In this document: in pieces, positions 1 through 8,821 of the stretch
Numbering within the stretch: position 1 is the first letter of the stretch
Layout: every line of letters begins with the position of its first letter
The notes under the pieces: model-generated
The model's database searches: none
Seen by the model: the letters and a program-made list of their open reading frames with translations, nothing else
What the model was told of the DNA's origin: nothing
Assembly: GCA_963752475.1 (NCBI GenBank)
Contig: CAVVYR010000007.1
Coordinates: forward strand, 32,001-96,000
Source of the DNA: an uncultured Chloroflexia bacterium
GTDB lineage: Bacteria > Chloroflexota > Limnocylindria > Limnocylindrales > CSP1-4
Reading direction: 5' to 3'
Length of the DNA stretch: 64,000 nt
Translations under genes and position numbers: made by a program

Positions 1-2
1 TC

Positions 3-134
3 GTCGTGCCGGTCCTGGGTGTGGTCCTCTCCACCTGGCGAACCATCCTGCGGGTGATCGGCTCCGATGAGCCGGCTCAAGACTCGCCGGGGGTGGCTCA
101 GCTTGACGAGGTCGCTGCGCCTGAACCGAGCTGA
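3..134 (+). CDS. C-terminal end of a membrane protein, possibly AI-2E family transporter (truncated by window start)
   Basis: Hand translation VVPVLGVVLSTWRTILRVIGSDEPAQDSPGVAQLDEVAAPEPS*; hydrophobic VVPVLGVV followed by an acidic tail. Confidence 0.4.
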   Translation, partial: VVPVLGVVLSTWRTILRVIGSDEPAQDSPGVAQLDEVAAPEPS

Positions 135-200
135 CGCGGGGGCTGCCGCTGCGATCGCGAAATAGGTCGTTCGGCAGGACGTGCGCTCAGCGCCGGCAAG

Positions 201-1694
201 TCAGACGCCTTTGACGACCTCCATCCGGCCTTCCTTGGCGGCCGCGGCGAAGGCCTCGTAGTCCTGCTTGTTCTGATCGGCGTAGGCCACTGCGAACGAG
301 CCCATGGCCTTGTCGAACGCCTCGCTCTTGCCCAGATAGCCGGAGATGGCAGTGGCGCCACCCGATCGAGCGTGTGCACGGGCGAGAGCCTCCGCACAGA
401 CCTCGACGTAGTTGCTCAGATGCCGTTCGTCCATCTTTCCGATGTTTGCCGAAGCCTTGTAGTCGTTGAGCTGACGCACGTAGAAGTCCATCTTCTGTCG
501 CTTGCTGGTGCCGCTGGCGAAGCCCAGGAAGGTGTCGCTCGAGGCCTGCATCAGGCGTTGTCCGAAGACGACACGCGCGCCCTGCTGCTTGAAGATGTCG
601 CTGATGGTGTAGCGCTCGAGCACCGAATCGTCAGCTTCCTTCAGCTGCAGGAAGAGCGCGTCGCCGTGACGCGTGCCGATGAGCAGCAGCACGAACGCCT
701 GCGTGCCGACCGACCCGACCCCGACCACCTTGCGCGCGAAGTCGACCACCTTGTAGTGGTGCATCAGCGGCAGCAGGTGCTTGGGCAGTGAGTCGAGGTA
801 CTGCCTGTAGAAGTCACCCAGTCGCTTGCGCAGCTCGGGCGTGACGTGGGCTCGCTCGATGAGTGGCGGCTCGTCCTTGATCCGCCACTGGCCATCCACG
901 CGCTCTGCGAGGCGATCGAGGGCACCCGTATTGGTCTTGCGTTGCGCCTTCGCCTGCGTCTTCTTGGCGGTCTTGATATCGGACTTGGAAGCGGACTCGC
1001 GGGCCGCCTCCAGGCGATCTCGAACGTCGACATGCGAATACCAGACGTCGAGGAAGTTCATGCGTGAAAGCGCGCGCATCTGCTGGCGATAGCGTGAGGC
1101 GGCATGCTGGGCGATGGCACGGCTGGCCTTGCGTGGAATGCCGTTGTCATCGCTGGCCACGACGATGCTGGCGGCCAAGCGCATGACATCCCACTCGAAT
1201 GGTGCCGGGTGGGATTCATCGAAGTCGTTGACGTCGAAGGCCGCCGTTCGCTCAGGCGTCGCGAACATGCCGAAGTTGGAGACGTGCGCATCCCCGCAGC
1301 ACTGCACGTAGATGCCGCTCGATGGTGTCCGAGCCAGGTCCGCAGCCATGACCAGGGCTCCGCCGCGGTAGAAGCTGAAGGGAGAGGCCAGCATGCGGCC
1401 GTGGCGGATAGGGACCAGGCTTTGGACCCGGTTCGCTGATTGCTCGAGGATCAGGGCGACCGGATCAGGGCGATCTGCTGCTGGGGCCCAGTCGCGCTGC
1501 GTGGAGCGCGGGACCTCGTTGCGGATGGCCGCACCGGCGGCGGCCGTCTCCTTGGGCGTGTCGCCCTCGACCGTTCGCCTGGGCGCGCGAGGGGGCTTTG
1601 GATCAGCCCCTGGCATGCTCTTGCTGGTCACCTGGGCCGTAGCGGAGCCGGAGCTGACCGCCTTGCTGCCCTTTCCATCTCGATCTCCGGACAT
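201..1694 (-). CDS. DUF2252 family protein (kinase-like fold)
   Basis: Motifs RHGRMLASPFSFYRGGA, CGDAHVSNFG, FDVNDFDE, KVVGVGSVGT, LQLKEA, FYVRQL, LARAHARSG. Confidence 0.92.
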   Translation of the reverse strand: MSGDRDGKGSKAVSSGSATAQVTSKSMPGADPKPPRAPRRTVEGDTPKETAAAGAAIRNEVPRSTQRDWAPAADRPDPVALILEQSANRVQSLVPIRHGRMLASPFSFYRGGALVMAADLARTPSSGIYVQCCGDAHVSNFGMFATPERTAAFDVNDFDESHPAPFEWDVMRLAASIVVASDDNGIPRKASRAIAQHAASRYRQQMRALSRMNFLDVWYSHVDVRDRLEAARESASKSDIKTAKKTQAKAQRKTNTGALDRLAERVDGQWRIKDEPPLIERAHVTPELRKRLGDFYRQYLDSLPKHLLPLMHHYKVVDFARKVVGVGSVGTQAFVLLLIGTRHGDALFLQLKEADDSVLERYTISDIFKQQGARVVFGQRLMQASSDTFLGFASGTSKRQKMDFYVRQLNDYKASANIGKMDERHLSNYVEVCAEALARAHARSGGATAISGYLGKSEAFDKAMGSFAVAYADQNKQDYEAFAAAAKEGRMEVVKGV

Positions 1695-1756
1695 GGCTGC
1701 TCCTCTCGCGGTCGGTCAACGTCTGCCGGCCGGCATCGTCCCTCGTGACACCGGGC

Positions 1757-1855
1757 CTAGATGGCCTCGTCGTCAGAGCGGACGCGATACGCGACCAGGC
1801 CCGCGACTGCCAGCACTACTGCGACGATCACGAACTTGCGGATGATGCTCGACAT
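1757..1855 (-). CDS. Small single-TM protein, 32 aa (MSSIIRKFVIVAVVLAVAGLVAYRVRSDDEAI)
   Basis: ATG preceded by AAGAGGGGAAG purine-rich RBS; one hydrophobic helix flanked by basic residues; below the ORF-track cutoff. Confidence 0.55.
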   Translation of the reverse strand: MSSIIRKFVIVAVVLAVAGLVAYRVRSDDEAI

Positions 1856-1963
1856 GGCCTGCTTCCCCTCTTGCGGTGTGGTCCGCCAACGATGAGGGCG
1901 TATCTCGCTCTTGGCTACCCCCGAAGCGGGTGGTACCTCGTCCCGTTCGACCCTGGGGGTCGC

Positions 1964-2215
1964 TCAGTCGGCCAGGTCGAGTCGGTAGCTGAGGTCGCCA
2001 CCCGGACTGGTACCAGGCTCGCGCACGAACCCGTAGCGCTCGAGCAACCGCGTCGATGCCGTGTTCTCCATCGCGACGCCACCGACGATCGAACCGACAT
2101 CCCCTCGAGCCCGGCACCAGGCCACACCGCCGCCGAGCAGTTCACGCCCAGCCCGCGACCCCAGGCGTCCTCTGCGAGCAGGTAGCCGAGCCGCAGTTCG
2201 GTGCCCTCTGGCACG
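1964..2215 (-). pseudogene. C-terminal fragment of a RimJ/RimL-type GNAT acetyltransferase (frameshifted, 5' end missing)
   Basis: ELRLGYLLAEDAWGRGLG / ELLGGGVAWCRAR...GGVAMENTASTRLLERYGF across two frames; closely parallels 27349-27867. Confidence 0.75.
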
Positions 2216-2289
2216 TGGGTCAGCATCAACTCCTGGGTCACTCCCGCCGTCGGCCTGGCGGCGTCTCCTGACGAGTACCACGGCAGCCT

Positions 2290-2445
2290 TGTGCAGCGGA
2301 TCGCCGAGATGATCACTGCCGGTGGCTGGCCTGACAACCTGGGGTCGACCCCCGAGCAGGCGCAACGGCTTGTCCGGGGCTACGTCGCAGAGATCGGCCG
2401 AACGGATATCCAGCGCGTTGATGGTGTACGCCGAGACCCCGAGAA
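2290..2445 (+). pseudogene. Internal fragment of an AAA_14/DUF4143-type ATPase
   Basis: RIAEMITAGGWP...YVAEIGRTDIQRVDGVRRDP resembles the GGWP...Y..I...D segment of these ATPases; no Walker A or start present. Confidence 0.5.
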
Positions 2446-2573
2446 CTCCCAACTCGGGGATGCCGACCGGGAACTACGAAGGTTGGATAGTTGCGCCAGC
2501 AACTAATCTACCGTGTCCATCTCTCACAACTCTGGATACTGGACGGCCATCCCGCAGAGCGGATCGAACGCCC

Positions 2574-2801
2574 TCAGTCATTCGCCGTCAATCCCAGGGC
2601 GACCTCGAAGACGCTCTTGTTGGCGGCGTCAAGGGCCGTCGCAGCTGCGGAAGGCGGGGCGTCCAGGAAGCGACGACCGCGGGTGAGTTCATCCCACACG
2701 ACCAGCAGCGACACGGCCTCGGCGCCGAACCGCTCCGCGACCGCGAGGGTCGTGGCCGTCTCCATCTCCACCGACAGGAGGCCCTCTTCGTCAGCGCGCC
2801 A
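2574..2801 (-). pseudogene. C-terminal fragment of a purine/uridine nucleoside phosphorylase
   Basis: GLLSVEMETATTLAVAERFGAEAVSLLVVWD matches the PNP_UDP_1 EME motif region; in-frame stop just upstream. Confidence 0.65.
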
Positions 2802-3061
2802 TCATGGACGATGACTCCGCGAACAGCGACGAGAACGTGATGTGTGGCCCGACGTGGACATCGTGGCCTCGCTGTCGCAAGGAGGCGCTGGCCCGCTCAA
2901 CGTGTCGCTGCGTCGCGCGGACCGTGTCTGCCTCCGCATAGTGGTGATACTCGCTGCCCGCGCACCTGACAGCCGGCTATGAGCCCATACACGCCGACGA
3001 CGCGGCCACGGTCCGGCCGTTGCCGAGCGGCCGGGTCGCGACGCTCGGTCACACCTTGAGG

Positions 3062-3680
3062 TCAGGCCTCCGGTGCCGGCTCCTCGGTCGGCTCTGGCGT
3101 GTAGCAGGGGAACTCATACGGCGGCGTCGCCTCTGGGTCGAAGCTGTAGTCCGGCGGCAATGCGAGATCCGGAGGGAAGGTGAAGTCCGGCGGGAGCGTC
3201 GCCTCGGGATCGAAGCTCTCGTCAGGACCCAGGCTCGGACATGGGCCCATGGTCCACTCGGGCGTGGGCTCCGGCTCAGGCGTGGGCTCCGGCTCCGGCT
3301 CCGGCGTGGGCTCCGGCTCCGGCTCAGGCGTTGGCTCCGGCTCCGGCTCGCGCGTCGGCTCCGCGCGTCGGCTCCGGCTCCGGCTCGCGCGTCGGCTCCG
3401 GCTCCGGCGTGGGCTCCTCCGTGGGCTCCGCGGTGGCCTCTTCCGACGATCCTGGTGACGGGCTGACGATGAGCGTCGGCTCAGGCGACGAGGTCGACTC
3501 CTCCGGATCGAGGAAGCCCCCGAACAGGACGGCGCCAGCGACGATCAGCACGCCCACCGCGATGATGGCGATCCACCACCTGTTCCCCGCGGGGCCGCTC
3601 GGCTCGGTCGAAGCCTCCTCAGCTGGCGCATCCTCGGGCGTCTTCTCGTCGGTCATCTTGGGCGTCTCCTCGTCGGTCAT
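3062..3680 (-). CDS. Membrane-anchored Pro/Glu/Thr-rich protein (frameshift near 3360)
   Basis: TM WWIAIIAVGVLIVAGAVLFGGF, (EP)nT[PR] tandem repeats, continues in a second frame to ...SFDPEAT...EPAPEA*. Confidence 0.75.
3262..3432. repeat. Coding low-complexity tandem repeat (GGCTCC-based, EPEPTP)
   Basis: Repeated ggctccggctc/ggcgtgggctcc units. Confidence 0.9.
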
Positions 3681-3877
3681 GATGCGGTGCTCTCCCCGGC
3701 AACAGTCATCCTCTATCTGACCATCACACTAGGATATCGACTGGTCGCCGCTTTGCGTATCACGCTCTGCTCTGGGCGGGCGCTACAGGGCGGCCGCGGC
3801 TCCTCTGTGGCCGCTCCCGAAGCGTCGCCAAGAAGGGCGTGCACCGCTACACCCGAAGCGGGTGGATTCCGGACCGC

Positions 3878-3903
3878 GCTCTCCGCTCCCGGGAGCGGAG
3901 AGC
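3878..3903. repeat. Perfect 26-bp palindrome in a hairpin-rich intergenic region
   Basis: GCTCTCCGCTCCC|GGGAGCGGAGAGC. Confidence 0.9.
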
Positions 3904-4072
3904 CTCCGCAAGGCCGAACGGTCGCCTGGGCAACATCGACGCTGGGTAGACTCGGCCCAGCCTGGTGCCTGCGAGCCGCGAGGGAAGGATAAGGTGGAAG
4001 TCTTACGGTGAAGTCCGCTGGTACATCGGGCTCTCGAAACTCTCGATACCTGCAGGATCGGAATGGCTACCA

Positions 4073-4100
4073 TGCGCCTGGCTCTCGCCGGGCGCGCCAT
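4073..4100 (+). repeat. 28-bp direct repeat copy 1; tRNA-3'-end-like att scar candidate
   Basis: TGCGCCTGGCTCTCGCCGGGCGCGCCAT, 27/28 identical to 21894-21921; ends in CGGGCGC-G-CCA. Confidence 0.7.
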
Positions 4101-4145
4101 AACCACGTTCTCGGTAAGGGCTTCGTGTTGAACGACGCCCAGCTC

Positions 4146-4580
4146 TCAGGTCTCCGCTGGCCGGGTCCTGGCGTCGGAGCCCTCGATCCCGAGCACCTCG
4201 AGTGCCGCGGCGAAGCCTTCCAGGTCGTCCACGCCGACATAGAACACCGGTACGGACAGCCGGAACCATCGAACGGGTCTCTTGAGCTCAAGCCGCACGC
4301 CGCCGCGGGCGCTCCCGGCGAATGACAGCTCGCCGCTCCGGATGCCTCGACGAACGCCGATGGCGGTGATCGAGCGCCATGGGCCCTCGATGCGCCACCC
4401 TTCGATACCGTCGACCGGAAGGCTGAGCTCCCACCAGCCGAAGCGAGCCGTGAGCGTCTTCGCATCCAGATCGACCCACGCCTTCTCCTCGTTGGCACCG
4501 AACGCCAGCCGGACCAGCCGCCGCCACGTCTTCTCGATGCGGATCGGGTATCGCATGGTGTGCATCGTCGCAGGTATCAC
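4146..4580 (-). CDS. Hypothetical protein (start may be the downstream MRYPIRIE)
   Basis: 144-aa ORF with protein-like composition (ARFGWW, GPWRSITAIGVR). Confidence 0.75.
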   Translation of the reverse strand: MIPATMHTMRYPIRIEKTWRRLVRLAFGANEEKAWVDLDAKTLTARFGWWELSLPVDGIEGWRIEGPWRSITAIGVRRGIRSGELSFAGSARGGVRLELKRPVRWFRLSVPVFYVGVDDLEGFAAALEVLGIEGSDARTRPAET

Positions 4581-4708
4581 GGTGCCAGGCGATCGATCCG
4601 CCAGGCGTCCTCGTTACGCAGGTAGCGGAAGCGATCGTGCATGCGATCCCGCCAGCCCTGCCAGAACACACTAGGGCATGACGACCCTCTCGCGCTACGC
4701 TGACGACG

Positions 4709-6136
4709 ATGCCTACCAGCCTGGTCCATCCGGATCGCATCAAGGTCCTGAGCGACCGTGACGCGGAGCCTGCCGCCGCAGGCTATGTCCTCTACTGGAT
4801 GCAGCGTGCGCAACGCAGTCAGCACAACGATGCACTCGAGCACGCTGCGAGGCTGGCCAACGAGCACGCGGTGCCGTTGCTCGCCTGCTTCGGGCTGACC
4901 GACGACTACCCCGAGGCGACCAGCCGACACTACCGCTTCATGCTGGACGGGCTGGCTGAGACCGCCGCCGCCCTGGAGCGACGCGGCATCGGCTTCACCA
5001 TCCGCCGAGGTTCGCCGCCCGACGTCGTTGCCGACCTCGCCAGGGACGCGGTGCTCATCGTGGTCGATCGTGCCTACGAGCGGCACCTCGCGAGCTGGCG
5101 TCGTGAGATCATCGACGCGGTCGCCTGTCCGACGATCCAGGTGGAGAGCGACGTCGTCGTGCCGGTGGAGGTCACATCCGACCGTCGCGAGTATGCCGCT
5201 CGTACGATCCGCCCCAAGATCCACGCGCACCTCGAAGACTTCGTCGAAGAGCTCACCACGACCAGCGTCGACCACGCACTCACGGACGCGCCCGCGAGCG
5301 ACGTCGACCTCGGTGACGTCGACGGCGTGCTGGAGCAGCTCGGCATCGAGTGCGCCGAGGATCCACTCGTGTTCCTGCGTGGCGGCACGTCGCAGGCTCG
5401 GGCGCACCTCCGTCGCTTCGTCGACGACGGTCTCGTCGGCTACGCCGACCGGCGGCCCGACCCCCTGCAGCCGAAGGTCAGCCACCTCAGCCCGTACCTC
5501 CACTTCGGGCAGATCTCACCCACCGCGGTCCTGCTCGAGGTCCGCGCCGCCGATGCCCCCGACGCCGACGTGACGGCCTTCACCGAGGAGCTCGTGGTCC
5601 GTCGCGAGCTGGCCGTCAACTACGCGCGATACGAGCCGGACTACGACGCGTATCGGGCGCTCCCCGACTGGGCCCGCACCACCCTGGACGAGCATCGCGA
5701 CGACGCCCGCGAGCCTGGCTACACTGCCACCGAGTTGGCCGAAGGCCGAACGCACGACCAGGCCTGGAACGCCGCGATGGCCGAGATGCGCGCGACCGGC
5801 TACCTCCACAACCACCTGCGGATGTACTGGGGCAAGCAGGTCCTGCGGTGGGCAAGCAGCCCGGAGCACGCCTTGCGCACCATCCTTGCGCTCAACGATC
5901 GCTACTTGCTCGACGGCCGCGACCCCTCGGGCTTCGCCAACGTGGCCTGGGTGCTCGGCCTGCACGACCAGGCGTTCGCCGAGCGGCCCGTGACCGGCAA
6001 GACCCGCCCCATGACCCGCAGCGGCCTCGATCGCAAGTTCGATGTGGCGGCCTGGCTCGACGATGTCCGCTCGCGGCTCGGCGATGCCGCAGTGGACGGG
6101 CCCGACGGCGAGGCAAGCGCAGATGAGGGAGGGTAG
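4709..6136 (+). CDS. phrB: Deoxyribodipyrimidine photolyase, class II CPD type
   Basis: YVLYWMQRAQR..HNDALE, SHLSPYLHFGQIS, EELVVRRELA.N, GYLHNHLRMYWGK, LDGRDPSGFANVAW. Confidence 0.95.
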   Translation: MPTSLVHPDRIKVLSDRDAEPAAAGYVLYWMQRAQRSQHNDALEHAARLANEHAVPLLACFGLTDDYPEATSRHYRFMLDGLAETAAALERRGIGFTIRRGSPPDVVADLARDAVLIVVDRAYERHLASWRREIIDAVACPTIQVESDVVVPVEVTSDRREYAARTIRPKIHAHLEDFVEELTTTSVDHALTDAPASDVDLGDVDGVLEQLGIECAEDPLVFLRGGTSQARAHLRRFVDDGLVGYADRRPDPLQPKVSHLSPYLHFGQISPTAVLLEVRAADAPDADVTAFTEELVVRRELAVNYARYEPDYDAYRALPDWARTTLDEHRDDAREPGYTATELAEGRTHDQAWNAAMAEMRATGYLHNHLRMYWGKQVLRWASSPEHALRTILALNDRYLLDGRDPSGFANVAWVLGLHDQAFAERPVTGKTRPMTRSGLDRKFDVAAWLDDVRSRLGDAAVDGPDGEASADEGG

Positions 6137-6269
6137 CCGCGCCTACTTCGACCGCCTGAGCGACTACCGCGATGACGGTCGTCCAGGGTAGCCGTGCCGG
6201 CACCGTCTAGGCTAGACAGCCGAGCCCGCCACGGCGCAGGCTCTCCGACGACTGGAGGAGGTATCGAGG

Positions 6270-7181
6270 ATGCGCGCTGTTCGAGTACGCACCTATGACG
6301 AGCCGCCGGCGACCGAAGACATCGAGACGCCCGGCGCGCCCGACTCGGGGCAGCTGGCCATCGAGGTCGCCGCCGTTGGCGTCGGCTCCTGGGACGTGGG
6401 TGTCGCCACGGGTCGCCTTGCTCGGTTCGTCGACTTGGAGCCTCCGTTCGTGATGGGCGCGGAGCTGGCAGGCCGGATCGCCGAAGTCGGTCCCGAGGCC
6501 GAGGGCTTTGCGGTCGGCGATCGCATCATCGCCAACCCCGGGATCGTCGGGGCCTGGGCTGCTCGCGTGAACATCGCCGCCGATGCCTGCGGTCCGGCAC
6601 CAGCGGCGCTCGACGACATCCAAGCTGCGGCCATCCCGGTCGGCGCCGTGACGGCGCTCCAGTCGCTCGATCTGCTGGCTCTGGCGCCTGGTGCGTCGCT
6701 GCTCATCCTTGGCGCCGGCGGCAGCGTCGGGCGGGCGGCCATCCAGCTGGCACGCGCCCGCGGCCTGCGTGTGCACGTACTGGTGCGGACCGGGGATGTC
6801 GAGCGATGCCGCGAGCTTGGCGCGGAGACCGCGCTCGATCAGGCGGGCGACTGGGTGGGGCAGCTGGCGGGGCCGGTCGATGGCGTTCTCGACCTCATCG
6901 GCGGCGAGCAGCTCGAGCGATCAGCGGCGGTCCTGCACTCCGACGGCCGCGCAGTCACGACCCTTGCCCGATCGATGCGTTCGCTAGTCGCCTCGCGGAT
7001 CCCGCTGCGCTACCTTCGCATGCGCAGCACGACCCGTGATCTGGCACTGATCTCGGCCCACGTAGACGCTGGCGACTTGTCGCTACCCGTGGGGGTCGTG
7101 CTCCCGGTCGAGGAGGTCCGCTCAGCGCTCGATGGCGTGGAGGAAGGCGTGGACCGCGGTAAGCACGTCCTCGAGTTCTAG
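6270..7181 (+). CDS. NADP-dependent oxidoreductase, MDR / quinone-oxidoreductase-like
   Basis: GGAGG RBS; P.VMGAELAGRI..VG....F.VGDR, LILGAGGSVG..AIQLA, VDGVLDLIGG, GKHVL. Confidence 0.9.
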   Translation: MRAVRVRTYDEPPATEDIETPGAPDSGQLAIEVAAVGVGSWDVGVATGRLARFVDLEPPFVMGAELAGRIAEVGPEAEGFAVGDRIIANPGIVGAWAARVNIAADACGPAPAALDDIQAAAIPVGAVTALQSLDLLALAPGASLLILGAGGSVGRAAIQLARARGLRVHVLVRTGDVERCRELGAETALDQAGDWVGQLAGPVDGVLDLIGGEQLERSAAVLHSDGRAVTTLARSMRSLVASRIPLRYLRMRSTTRDLALISAHVDAGDLSLPVGVVLPVEEVRSALDGVEEGVDRGKHVLEF

Positions 7182-7550
7182 CGAGTGTGCCGCCGCGGGG
7201 GCGCTCGCGCGGTTGTCATCGGTCCAGCCCTACGGTTTGCGTCACCCTATGTCGCCAGGTTGGGGGCGTGCTGCCTCGCGAGCGGGACCGGGCTACGAGG
7301 CCTACTGCCATCCTGCGCTGTCGGTCGCAGATCGCCTGTACCGCATCACGCGTGCCGTGAGCCCATGCGCCTTGACGCGGTCGCACCCGTCCTGCTTTCG
7401 GTTCGGAACCAGATCCCCGCGGCGGGAAGACCCGGCGCCTCCGTGGTCGAGGAAGATGGAACCGACTGGGCGGACGGAGTCCCTTAGTGAGTAGGAGCGC
7501 CCTGGGGGGTCGTGCCTGGGCGCGCCCATGGGGGGTGAAGGAGAGGCTTC

Positions 7551-8102
7551 GTGAGGAAGCGACTCACTACCCGGAGGATGTCGGCGTTGGTCAGCGCGCT
7601 GCTCCTGACCCTGGTCATGGCCGTGCCGGCGAGTGCGGGAGGAAACGGAGCGACCCAGATCTCAGGGGTCGGCCTGCCGGATACGTCCTACGTTTGCGAC
7701 GATTTCTCGCAGAAGGACATCTACTACGCCATCATCATGGACGAAGGCAGCCTCAACGGCTGTGTGTACGGCTTCTACGACCCTGACTTCAAGATCGGAC
7801 CGAGCGGCGTAGCCAAAGAGCGCGCTGACGAGATGTTCATCGGCTCGTACGACAACGGAACCCCAGATGAACCCGAGGACGACCTAGTAGGGACGTTCCG
7901 CATGACGGAGAACTGGCACGCGAAGTACGACCCTGCCTCGGGGATCCAGAAGTTCGGGTTCTGCAAGCACCCGATCGTCAGGGGCAGCGGCACAGGAGAC
8001 TTCGAAGGTGTCCGCGGCCGTCTCGATTTCAGGGATGATCTCACCGGTGGCCCCGGCAAGGAGCGCTTCCCCTACAAGGGTCACCTCAAGAACCTCGACT
8101 AG
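7551..8102 (+). CDS. Secreted hypothetical protein
   Basis: AAGGAGAGG RBS; signal peptide MRKRLTTRRMSALVSALLLTLVMAVPASA; C.HPIV.GSGTGDFEGV.GRLDF motif. Confidence 0.85.
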   Translation: MRKRLTTRRMSALVSALLLTLVMAVPASAGGNGATQISGVGLPDTSYVCDDFSQKDIYYAIIMDEGSLNGCVYGFYDPDFKIGPSGVAKERADEMFIGSYDNGTPDEPEDDLVGTFRMTENWHAKYDPASGIQKFGFCKHPIVRGSGTGDFEGVRGRLDFRDDLTGGPGKERFPYKGHLKNLD

Positions 8103-8127
8103 CAGCCAGGAGAGGATCCAGACCGAA

Positions 8128-8157
8128 ACGAGACCCCTGCTCCGGCGGGGGTCTCGT
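8128..8157. terminator. GC-rich hairpin downstream of 7551-8102, probable terminator
   Basis: ACGAGACCCCTGC-TCCG-GCGGGGGTCTCGT; U-tract weak. Confidence 0.55.
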
Positions 8158-8821
8158 CATCTCAGGGGTGAAGCCCGATCCGGCTGCGAAGGCAACCCCT
8201 CCAGCTGCGCGCCCATGAGCGCGTCCTGCCCGGCCTCGCGGTCGGTCATGGAGGCGACGGACGCCTCCGTTCACGCGCCGTACCCACACCCTGCCGCCTG
8301 GACCACGCTGAGACACTGGCGGACCCGGCCCGCGCGTCAGTCCCGATGCGTTCGAGGGGAAGCCGAGGAGATCGCTAGTGCCGCAATTCATAACGTCGGG
8401 TGTTGAATTCGCGGCAGGGTGCATTCACGCTGCCGGCCTCGAATTCGCTCCCCAACGTTGTGGCATGGAGCACTAGTGACGCGGTGCACCGGAGCCCACC
8501 TCACGGTCCTTGCTACCAGGGCTCGCCACTCCTAGGCTCTGCGGCGCGGCCGCGCCGCGCGATGCGGCCCGTCTGGCCGAGGCTCGCCCACGGCGCGACC
8601 TGAACCAGTCAGGCTCGTGTCCGCAGGTGCGACCGGGAGTGCGACCGTGACGCACCCATCGACGACCTCTCTCAGGCACCCGCGCCAGCTGCAGGGGTCC
8701 ACGGTCCAGCAGCGGAACGAAACTCCTATCGTCCTGGACGATGGATGCCCTACCCTCTCCACGTGGATATCGCACTTGACGATGACCGCTGTGCCTGGGG
8801 GTCTGGGCTCCTGACCGCAGC

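Noticed and set aside
3262-3432. CRISPR-like array
   Set aside because: Units are 6-bp codon repeats of an EP/TP linker with no unique spacers; no cas genes in the window.
4020-4100. Complete tRNA gene ending at CGGGCGCGCCA (also 21845-21921)
   Set aside because: No matching 5' GCGCCCG acceptor strand, D-arm or TTCGA T-loop upstream; only the 3' ~18 nt are tRNA-like.
3770-4100. Group II intron, RNase P RNA or tmRNA in the structured intergenic region
   Set aside because: No domain V consensus, no GAGGAAAGTCC / AGAACCCGGCTTA RNase P signatures, no tmRNA ends found on either strand.
7400-7550. Riboswitch in the leader of the secreted protein 7551-8102
   Set aside because: Only one GC hairpin and a GGAAC box (possible ECF -35); no aptamer consensus recognised.
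8163-8200. Small three-way-junction RNA (AGGGGT...ACCCCT)
   Set aside because: Single copy with 3-bp inner stems; expected by chance at this GC content.
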